The translations under genes were made by a program, and so were the position numbers. Under the pieces are notes generated by a model that saw only the letters and a list, made by a program, of their open reading frames with translations, did not search any database and had not been told where the DNA came from. DNA of 64,000 nt, from positions 32,706-96,705 of the forward strand of contig JAYUNN010000035.1 of NCBI GenBank assembly GCA_043761585.1. The letters are read 5' to 3'. Of this stretch, positions 37,385 to 44,823 are shown in pieces. Source of the DNA: a bacterium (lineage in GTDB: Bacteria; Patescibacteriota; JACMRA01; JAYUNN01). Position 1 is the stretch's first letter; each line of letters opens with the position of its first letter.

Positions 37385-38899
37385 ATGCTCAAAGTACAAC
37401 GATTAGCTACAGTTTGGAGTGCTACAATATTTTTTTTGATAATCTCACCTATTTTAGCTATTTATGCTTTGGGTTATGATTTTGATTTGAAAAAAAATGA
37501 TTTAAAAAATACCATTACTACAAGCCTAGAAACCGCACCTGATGGGGCAAAAATTGAAAGTTTAGGTGATTTTGGGCGACAAATTAATTATAGTAATTCA
37601 GATTTTAGATTGCCCACAAACAATCAATTTAAAGTTGATATAACTAAAGAAAATTTTAAAAGTGAAGAATTTTTACTTAAAGGTAAGACTGCAGAAAATA
37701 GTTTAGTCAGACTTAAAAAGATACATCTATTACCTACAGATGAGCAAACTAATTTTAAAATTGATCCGGCTTGGTCTGATATTAGTTTTGTAAGTAAGGA
37801 TCTGTTACTTTTTAGCAAAACAGATGAGTCACAAGGTCAGAAAAAATGGTTTTTACAACTGTACACTTATGGTGGATTTTTAGGCCAGCCAAAATTAATC
37901 TCATCTTTTGTTTCCAAGACCGACCTAACCATAGACCAGTCTCTACCGATCAATCTAGATATGAGTCTTGAGCCGACTATGGCTCAGATTCCGACTAATA
38001 GTTTTTGGGAAGAACTTGATACAGATATTTTTTGGCAAAAAGAAACTCAAACTTATTTGTTTAAAGACTCCTTAGGAGTTTGGAAAATTTGGCAAAGTGG
38101 GTTCTTGAGCTTAGGTGAACTGGACACAATTTGGCTAGGTCAAAATATGATATTATTGCACGACAGAGTAAAATCCAAAAATCTTTACTTGTATAATATC
38201 AATTTAGATGTATTGACCTATTTAACAGATAATATTCAAGCGGTTTCATTTAACAATAATGAACTTTGGGTTTGGACTCAAGACTGGTTATATAGATTTG
38301 CTAAAGATGATATTAAAACTTTACAAAATTTAAATTGGGATCGATTTAAAAAATATAAAATATCAGAATTTGAAGGTTATAGTAGCTCAAGTCCATATCC
38401 CGAAGGTGTCGGTTTTAAGGTTAAAAATGTGTATCAAGGTATAATTACTTATATTAATGGACAAATTTTTTACTTAGCTGATGGCCAAACTGACAAGTGG
38501 AAATTGGTTGCAGAAAATGTGAAATTTTGGACCTCAGCCTGGAACAGCGTCTTTTGGATTAGTGGTGACAATTTGTTGATGACACAAAACCTTGAGCTGG
38601 GTTATCGCCGTTTTATCGCGCCATTAAACTTTAATACTGATAATATAAAGGTCATAAATATGGATTACTATGCTAATTGGCATCGTGTATTTTTCTATGT
38701 TTCGGATACAAAAAATCCCAATCCAAACATGCAAGTCTACTCAATTTGGTATAATCCAGACTTTGTAAACAACGAAATTAGAACTTTTAGTCAGCAAAAA
38801 TGGCTTGATGAGAAAGTGTGCCGAAGTTTTATTGAGGGTGGCTATATTTTTTGTATAAATAATGATAATGATCTCATCACACTTAGAAACACCAATTAA
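37385..38899 (+). CDS. hypothetical membrane-anchored protein
   Basis: A 504-aa ORF with an N-terminal TM and a Trp/Tyr-rich, probably beta-rich ectodomain. No motif was recognised. Confidence 0.55.
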   Translation: MLKVQRLATVWSATIFFLIISPILAIYALGYDFDLKKNDLKNTITTSLETAPDGAKIESLGDFGRQINYSNSDFRLPTNNQFKVDITKENFKSEEFLLKGKTAENSLVRLKKIHLLPTDEQTNFKIDPAWSDISFVSKDLLLFSKTDESQGQKKWFLQLYTYGGFLGQPKLISSFVSKTDLTIDQSLPINLDMSLEPTMAQIPTNSFWEELDTDIFWQKETQTYLFKDSLGVWKIWQSGFLSLGELDTIWLGQNMILLHDRVKSKNLYLYNINLDVLTYLTDNIQAVSFNNNELWVWTQDWLYRFAKDDIKTLQNLNWDRFKKYKISEFEGYSSSSPYPEGVGFKVKNVYQGIITYINGQIFYLADGQTDKWKLVAENVKFWTSAWNSVFWISGDNLLMTQNLELGYRRFIAPLNFNTDNIKVINMDYYANWHRVFFYVSDTKNPNPNMQVYSIWYNPDFVNNEIRTFSQQKWLDEKVCRSFIEGGYIFCINNDNDLITLRNTN

Positions 38900-38994
38900 G
38901 TTTTAGATTTGAGATGTAAATTCTATTTTATATTTGACAATTTTGTGCTAATTAAGCACCTTGAATAATGATCAGCTTTATTGAAAATTAAACT

Positions 38995-40653
38995 ATGTTT
39001 CGCAGAATACTACTTGCATTTACGGATGCCGAATTGAGAACTAAACTTCTTAAAATTATATTGTTAATTTTGACTGCCAGATTTTTGGCACACATTCCGA
39101 TTCCAGTTTTAGGTATCCAAGATATTTCTGGAACTATAAATAATGATGCTGCTTTGAGTCTTTTAAATACCATTTCAGGTGGTGGATTCGGGCAACTTTC
39201 ATTTGTAATGCTCGGAATTGGACCCTATATTACTGCTTCAATTGTATTTCAACTTTTAGGTGTTTTATTTCCCAAAATCAAAGAAATTCAACGTGAAGAA
39301 GGTGAAACTGGGCGTAATAAAATCAATAAATGGACTCGCTGGCTAACTGTTCCACTGGCAGCAATTCAGGCTTGGGGAATTTTAAATTTCTTAGCTAGTG
39401 ATAACGGCTCAAACACACGAGTAGTTCTACCTAAAGTGTTGACTCCAGAGGGCGGAGCTATTACTAGTGAAAGCTTCTTATACTGGCTCGCTATCGTAGG
39501 TAGTATGGTAATCGGCTCACTAATAGTGATGTGGATTGGAGAAATTATTACCGAATATAAAATGGGAAATGGTATCTCGATCATGATTTTATCAGGAATC
39601 GTCTCAAAGCTTCCAGGAAGCATCTACAAAATTCTTTTTGGTAATCCAGATACTGGTACAACTGGCGTTATTTACAACTTATTTAAAGCTGTCTCCCGAA
39701 TTTTTACAAACCCTCAATCCTTGCTTAATTGGGACAAATGGAAAGGTTTTTGGAATACAAATTATTACTGGGCACCAACTAGAAATATAATTTTCTTCTT
39801 AGTTATCTTTTTGATTACTTTGACTTTCGTAGTATTTATAAACGATGCCGTTAGAAAACTTGTTATCATCTATTCTAGGCGTGGACACAACGAAGGAACT
39901 AGTCGAACTTTATCTCAAGTCAAGTCTGATTTGCCAGTTAAAGTCAACCAAGCCGGTGTAATCCCAATAATCTTCTCAGTATCTTTTATTTTATTCCCGT
40001 CTATTATTTCTAGATTTTTCCAAACTGCAAACCAGCAAGGATTACGGCAAGGTGCCAAAGCCGTTAGTGATTTCCTGAGTGCTGACTCAAAAATTGGTGC
40101 ACATTTCCTATCTTATCAAGTCTCAAACAAAGTCGAAGCTCTTAATGGTATCAAATTTGTGACTAACCCAACTACTTCTCAAAACTTTACTGGGTTAAGT
40201 TGGTTTGAAGGCTTTAATTGGTCAAAATTGAATATTGATTGGTTGCCAAGTTTCACTTGGACTTTCAATGGAATACTAGCGTACAACTTTTTCTACTTTT
40301 TCTTGATTGTATTTTTCACTTATTTTTACACTACCATCATTTTCAATACTGAGGAAATTTCTGAAGATTTGCAAAAAAATGGTGCTTATATTCCTGGGTA
40401 TAGACCTGGAGTTGAGACTTCAGATTATCTAAGTGGAGTATCAAATAGACTGAATGTAGCTGGTAGTTTTTTCCTTGCAATTATTGCTCTGATACCTTTA
40501 TTATTTTCAAATGCTATCACTTTTGGTGACAGTAATGTCAATGGAATTATTGGGGGGACATCACTTTTGATTTTAGTTGCGGTAACTATCGAGACTTTAA
40601 AACAAATTGAAACTCAGGCAATTTCTATCGATTATGATAGATTTGCTAAATAA
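38995..40653 (+). CDS. secY: preprotein translocase SecY, enlarged (552 aa)
   Basis: LLKIILLILTARFLAHIPIPVLG, SLLNTISGGGFGQLSFVMLGIGPYITASIVFQLL and NGAYIPGYRPG are SecY signatures. The protein has two extra loops relative to typical ~440-aa SecY. Confidence 0.85.
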   Translation: MFRRILLAFTDAELRTKLLKIILLILTARFLAHIPIPVLGIQDISGTINNDAALSLLNTISGGGFGQLSFVMLGIGPYITASIVFQLLGVLFPKIKEIQREEGETGRNKINKWTRWLTVPLAAIQAWGILNFLASDNGSNTRVVLPKVLTPEGGAITSESFLYWLAIVGSMVIGSLIVMWIGEIITEYKMGNGISIMILSGIVSKLPGSIYKILFGNPDTGTTGVIYNLFKAVSRIFTNPQSLLNWDKWKGFWNTNYYWAPTRNIIFFLVIFLITLTFVVFINDAVRKLVIIYSRRGHNEGTSRTLSQVKSDLPVKVNQAGVIPIIFSVSFILFPSIISRFFQTANQQGLRQGAKAVSDFLSADSKIGAHFLSYQVSNKVEALNGIKFVTNPTTSQNFTGLSWFEGFNWSKLNIDWLPSFTWTFNGILAYNFFYFFLIVFFTYFYTTIIFNTEEISEDLQKNGAYIPGYRPGVETSDYLSGVSNRLNVAGSFFLAIIALIPLLFSNAITFGDSNVNGIIGGTSLLILVAVTIETLKQIETQAISIDYDRFAK

Positions 40654-40702
40654 ATATCCAAATAACTTGCATACAGATTTATAAATCTTTGACTAAGTTT
40701 TA

Positions 40703-40724
40703 CTTCCCATTTGGGAAGTTTTTT
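40703..40724 (+). terminator. rho-independent terminator after secY
   Basis: Stem cttccc/gggaag with a 4-nt loop, followed by a T6 run. Confidence 0.65.
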
Positions 40725-40806
40725 GTGTGTATGTTTTTGGTTATCGATTTTACTTTTCTTTACAATTTTGTGAAACTTTACTTATATTTAGAATATACAA
40801 ATTATT

Positions 40807-41391
40807 ATGAATTTAAATTATTGTGTTTTTGATATCGAAACTCAAAACTGGTTCACCGATTTACCACCTGGTTCAAACCTCAGTCATCTCAAAATTTCGG
40901 TTTTAGGAGCTTATTTTAGCCAAGATGATATTTATATTGCTTACTTAGAACACGATTTAGAGGCTTTTGTGGAGCGTTTAAAAAATGTTGACTTAGTCAT
41001 CGGCTACAACTCCATTGGCTTTGATTTACCAGTCCTGCAGCCTTATACTGACTTAGATTTGAAGTCACTTCCGAGTTATGATTTGTTATTAGAGATCGAG
41101 AAACAAGTCGGCTACAAAGTAAAACTCGATGATGTGGCTAAAGCCAGTCTCGGAATAGCTAAAACTGATAAAGGTAGTAATGCCACCGCATACTATAGAG
41201 CTGGGACTTGGGATAAATTGATAGATTATTGTATGTGGGATGTGCGTATCACTAAAGACGTATTTGAGATGGCCTTAAATACAGGTAAGCTAAAATATAA
41301 AGATTTTATGGATAACAAAGAAGTAGGTGTCGACAAACCAAACTTTAAGCTACCTAAAAATTTGAGATATTTCGAAAAGGGGATTTGGTAA
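40807..41391 (+). CDS. RNase H-fold 3'-5' exonuclease-like protein (DEDD type)
   Basis: CVFDIETQNWF (ExoI-like DxE), IGYNSIGFDLPVL (ExoII-like) and YCMWDVRIT (ExoIII-like). Confidence 0.55.
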   Translation: MNLNYCVFDIETQNWFTDLPPGSNLSHLKISVLGAYFSQDDIYIAYLEHDLEAFVERLKNVDLVIGYNSIGFDLPVLQPYTDLDLKSLPSYDLLLEIEKQVGYKVKLDDVAKASLGIAKTDKGSNATAYYRAGTWDKLIDYCMWDVRITKDVFEMALNTGKLKYKDFMDNKEVGVDKPNFKLPKNLRYFEKGIW

Positions 41392-41532
41392 GGTTTTATT
41401 TAGTGTTTCTAAGGTAAATAGTCACGGTCACTGTGCCTTTTGGTGTGGTTGACCGATTTTTTTAGCTTTAAATCTTTAAATTCAACACCCAAACCTTTTA
41501 AATACTTTTATCAGAAATTTGATTGTTTTATT

Positions 41533-41685
41533 TACACCCGCCCAGTGATCTGGTTTCCTGAGCCCCCAAAATCTGGTTTGGTAAGGCAATTTTATAGCTT
41601 TCTATTTTTATTTTAAAAGTTAAACGGTCGTGGGATTCATTCATTTTAAAGGTGTTTTTTGTGGTAAGGGTTAAAGGGAGATGAG
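41533..41685 (+). repeat. intergenic element family X, copy
   Basis: Blocks tacacccgcccagtg, ttcctgagcccccaaaatctggtttgg and ttaaaggtgttttttgtggtaagggttaaagggagatgag. It overlaps, and probably explains, the 67-aa minus-strand ORF 41528..41731. Confidence 0.55.
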
Positions 41686-41965
41686 CTTTGTATTTGGTTT
41701 TACTATTAAAGCATCCGCGTCTTTTACTCACTTAAACTTATGTTCGAAAAGTGCGATATATTAATTATTTTTGCATTGTTTCAAGCAAGATCAATTTACT
41801 ATGAAAACCACAATTTACTTCAAATTAAACACAATGATTTTGTATTTTGGCCATTTGGAATTTAAAAATTTCTTGATTAAAAATACAGGCAAATTTAATT
41901 TTGAATTTAAAAGTTTGGTAATTTTGGGATTTAGACTAGTCTGACACTCAAAAGCAAAATAGGAC

Positions 41966-41995
41966 TTGACAATAAAAGCACGAAAGTGCTAATAT
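41966..41995 (+). promoter_or_regulatory. sigma70-like promoter of the nrdR-nrd operon
   Basis: TTGACA, an 18-nt spacer, then TAATAT. Confidence 0.45.
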
Positions 41996-42025
41996 ACCAA
42001 TAGGTAGTAATATAAAAACTATCAG

Positions 42026-42043
42026 ACCACAATATATAGTGTT
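42026..42043. promoter_or_regulatory. NrdR box
   Basis: ACCACAATATATAGTGTT fits the palindromic NrdR-box consensus acaCwAtATaTwGtgt. It lies ~30 nt downstream of the -10 box and 107 nt upstream of nrdR. Confidence 0.6.
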
Positions 42044-42149
42044 TCAGGTTTTTTAAAACCTATTAAAATGCTATTTAATAGAATCATCACACAAGGCGAT
42101 TTACTGGCTTGTAACAAATTTAAAATTTCATCTAAAATAACTTTTTTTA

Positions 42150-42593
42150 ATGCTTTGCCCAAACTGCAAAACCTCTCGTGATAAAGTCCTAGATAGCCGA
42201 GAAAGTAAAGATTGCACGTCTATTCGGCGACGACGGCAATGCCTCAACTGTGATTATCGGTTTTCGACTCTGGAAGTTCTCAAACCATTAGATCTGATAG
42301 TTGTAAAGAAAGATGGGACTCAAGTTGAATTTAATGAGAAAAAACTCTCGTTTGGAATTCGAAAAGCTTTTAATAAGCGCTTTGTAAACCAAAAGCAGAT
42401 TGATGAAATGATCTCAAAAATAGTCGAAGAAATAGTTTTTTTGAAGAAAAACCCGATTAAATCAACTGAAATTGCTGAAATAGTTTTGACGCATTTAAAA
42501 CAAGTTGATATCGCGGCCTATGTATGCTTTTGGGCTATGTATGGCAACTTCTCGACTTTAAAGGAGTTTCAAGATTTGATTGAGCGCGCTTAA
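42150..42593 (+). CDS. nrdR: transcriptional repressor NrdR
   Basis: Zinc ribbon CPNC...CLNC, SRRRRQC-like IRRRRQC, and an ATP-cone. Confidence 0.9.
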   Translation: MLCPNCKTSRDKVLDSRESKDCTSIRRRRQCLNCDYRFSTLEVLKPLDLIVVKKDGTQVEFNEKKLSFGIRKAFNKRFVNQKQIDEMISKIVEEIVFLKKNPIKSTEIAEIVLTHLKQVDIAAYVCFWAMYGNFSTLKEFQDLIERA

Positions 42594-42690
42594 AATCTTT
42601 AAGCTATAATTTTACTTTAAAATCAGGCTCCAACACCTTTCATATAAACCCAAATTTTATTTAAAACCTAATTTCTACATAATTTTAAAT

Positions 42691-43674
42691 ATGAACACAA
42701 CTACTCAAATGCCATCAAACACTAACTATTTATTGACTCCAAACCCGCATAGATACGTGGTGTTTACCGAAGAAGCCATGCAAGTCGTAGTAGATATGTG
42801 CGACAAGCAGGAAGCAAATCTATGGCTCTCATCGGATATAAATTTGACTCAAGACTCTCAAGACTGGCTCAAAATGACTCCCTCTGAGCAATTTTATATC
42901 AAGCAGATCTTGGCTTTTTTTGCTGCTTCTGATGGTATCGTAGGTGAAAACCTAGCTATTAATTTTATCCATGAAGTGCAGGTACCAGAGGTGCGGTATT
43001 TTTATTATTTTCAGTCAATGATGGAAGCTGTCCACGCCAAAGTGTATTCACAATTGATAAATACCTTTATCGGTTCTGCTGCTGAGCGTAGCGAACTATT
43101 TGACTCGATCGAAACCAATCCAGTGATTGCCAAAAAAGCAGACTGGGCTTTTAAGTATATGAAGCCTAAAAATGCTGATTTTAGTACTAGATTACTGTCA
43201 TTTTTAGCTATTGAAGGGATTTTTTTCGCGGGTTCTTTTGTGGCTATTTTTTGGCTGCGAGATCGTGGTATTTTAGCCAATTCTCTAGGTGTTGCCAATG
43301 AATATATTTCACGCGATGAGACGCTACATGCCGAGTTTGCCTGCACTCTCTACAATGAATTTTGTCACGACCTCAGTGAGGACCAGATTAAAGCAGTCTT
43401 ACTTTCAGCGTTAGATATTGAAAAAGAATTTATTGCTCACGCTTTACCAGATCGCATGTTTGGGATGAACGCCGAGATGATGATTCAGTATTTGGAATTT
43501 GTGACTGACACTTGGTTGGAGGCTTTGCACTGTCAACGAGTCTTCAATGTCAAACAACCATTTGCTTTTATGGAAACTATCGGGCAAAAACGCAAAGACA
43601 ATTTCTTTGAGAAAAGTAGGACAAACTACGCCAGAAATACTGAAAATAAGCAGTTGGATTTTGCTTCACTTTAG
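42691..43674 (+). CDS. nrdB: class I ribonucleotide reductase small (R2/beta) subunit
   Basis: Di-iron/tyrosyl motifs: FFAASDGIVGENL, MEAVHAKVYS, LAIEGIFFAGSF and RDETLHAEF. Confidence 0.9.
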   Translation: MNTTTQMPSNTNYLLTPNPHRYVVFTEEAMQVVVDMCDKQEANLWLSSDINLTQDSQDWLKMTPSEQFYIKQILAFFAASDGIVGENLAINFIHEVQVPEVRYFYYFQSMMEAVHAKVYSQLINTFIGSAAERSELFDSIETNPVIAKKADWAFKYMKPKNADFSTRLLSFLAIEGIFFAGSFVAIFWLRDRGILANSLGVANEYISRDETLHAEFACTLYNEFCHDLSEDQIKAVLLSALDIEKEFIAHALPDRMFGMNAEMMIQYLEFVTDTWLEALHCQRVFNVKQPFAFMETIGQKRKDNFFEKSRTNYARNTENKQLDFASL

Positions 43675-43692
43675 GTAAAACATAACTGATTT

Positions 43693-44241
43693 ATGGGAAC
43701 TCTTACGCATTTTAAAAGATCTGCAACTACCCCGAAAGCTTCGCCTTCACCCCTAAATAGGGGTACGAGTACTGCCACTACAAATAGTACCCCTTTCAAG
43801 GGGTCAGAGCGGAGCTTTCGGGGTTGTGCCGAGCTTGCACCAGAGGTAATAGCTCTATTTCAAAGAACTCACTATAACAAAAGTCTTTTAAATAGGTCGA
43901 AGAACATGTCGCGAACCATGACAAAAGCTGAAAGTCGAATCTGGTTTGATTTGCTATCCAAAAAACAGTTACTCGGTTTAAAATTTATCAAGCAGAAAAT
44001 CGTTTTTAGTTATATATTAGACTTTTACTGCTCTGAGCTGTCTCTAGCCATAGAAATCGATGGAGAAAGCCACGATGCAAAGCTTGATTATGACAAAACT
44101 CGAGACAATTACATTAAGGCTTGTGGTATAAATGTTATAAGATTAAGTAATCATGATGTTTTTGGGAATTTAGAAGGGGTTAGGGAGTTTTTGATTGAGG
44201 AGGCGGGGAAGATTAAAAGTTTTAAAATTAATAAAACATAA
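43693..44241 (+). CDS. DUF559 (Vsr/PD-(D/E)xK-like) endonuclease-domain protein
   Basis: MTKAESRIWFDLLSKKQLLGLKFIKQKIVFSYILDFYCSELSLAIEIDGESHD...IRLSNHDV is the DUF559 core. The first ~45 codons are encoded by hairpin-rich DNA, so the true start is uncertain (next ATG at 43906). Confidence 0.7.
   Translation: MGTLTHFKRSATTPKASPSPLNRGTSTATTNSTPFKGSERSFRGCAELAPEVIALFQRTHYNKSLLNRSKNMSRTMTKAESRIWFDLLSKKQLLGLKFIKQKIVFSYILDFYCSELSLAIEIDGESHDAKLDYDKTRDNYIKACGINVIRLSNHDVFGNLEGVREFLIEEAGKIKSFKINKT
43729..43824 (+). other. ~95-nt three-way-junction-like structured element at the 5' end of the DUF559 ORF
   Basis: An outer 15-16 bp stem (43730-43744 with 43809-43823, one U:G on the plus strand) encloses hairpins acccctaaataggggt (43749-43764) and acccctttcaaggggt (43789-43804). 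Confidence 0.6.
43786..43830 (+). repeat. left arm of an inverted repeat bracketing the DUF559/HEPN-motif cassette
   Basis: agtacccctttcaaggggtca (43786-43806) is the exact reverse complement of 44748-44768. Roughly 15 of the next 24 inward positions also match. Confidence 0.75.
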
Positions 44242-44248
44242 CTAATTT

Positions 44249-44722
44249 ATGCTTAATTTTTTATTGGAAGAAATTAATAATTCACTTGATACAGGGAACT
44301 ATTATGTTGCTCTTGTATCTGCGTTAACCGCAATTGACATTGCTACATCTTATGAAAATAGTGGAAATACTACTAAGGATTTGTTTGTTAAATGGTTTGA
44401 GGATAATTTACAAAATAAATATACCGTTAAATTCACCAATGACCTAAAAGTTTTTCTCAATGGGGCTGATTGCTACGCTTTGAGGTGCAAGGTTTTGCAT
44501 TGTGGCTCAGACTTTACAGGTGACCAAAGAGCTTCTGATGTACTGGAGAAATTTAAATTTACGACTGCCAATGCGCATAATAATTTTACAGAATTTAATG
44601 GTAAATCAAGATTACAATTAAATGTGAAATGGTTTTGTACTGATGTTGTTAATTCAATTTCAAGTAAACGTTATCCCATACCGTCAAATGCATTAATTAT
44701 TTATAACGACATAAATTTCTAA
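44249..44722 (+). CDS. hypothetical protein with a HEPN-like Rx4H motif
   Basis: A 157-aa ORF starting 7 nt after the DUF559 stop. The predicted helical protein contains ALRCKVLHCG (R-x4-H). No other motif was recognised. Confidence 0.5.
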   Translation: MLNFLLEEINNSLDTGNYYVALVSALTAIDIATSYENSGNTTKDLFVKWFEDNLQNKYTVKFTNDLKVFLNGADCYALRCKVLHCGSDFTGDQRASDVLEKFKFTTANAHNNFTEFNGKSRLQLNVKWFCTDVVNSISSKRYPIPSNALIIYNDINF

Positions 44723-44723
44723 A

Positions 44724-44768
44724 GCTACAACCCCCAAGCCTTCGGCTTGACCCCTTGAAAGGGGTACT
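44724..44768 (-). repeat. right arm of the inverted repeat bracketing the cassette
   Basis: tgaccccttgaaaggggtact (44748-44768) is the reverse complement of 43786-43806. The hairpin aagccttcggctt is adjacent. Confidence 0.75.
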
Positions 44769-44823
44769 CCCATAAAACTAACTCCACCTTATCAATTTTT
44801 CATATTTTCACCTCCCCAATTTT

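Noticed and set aside
41528-41731. A 67-aa minus-strand ORF, and the idea that family-X elements encode a small peptide. GAQE-containing translations appear on the minus strand of three copies, and some indels are multiples of 3.
   Set aside because: In the same frame, other copies are interrupted by stop codons (for example, a TAA directly upstream in the 20461 copy, and stops in the 15400 copy), and they lack start codons. The shared residues simply reflect the conserved ctgagctcc block.
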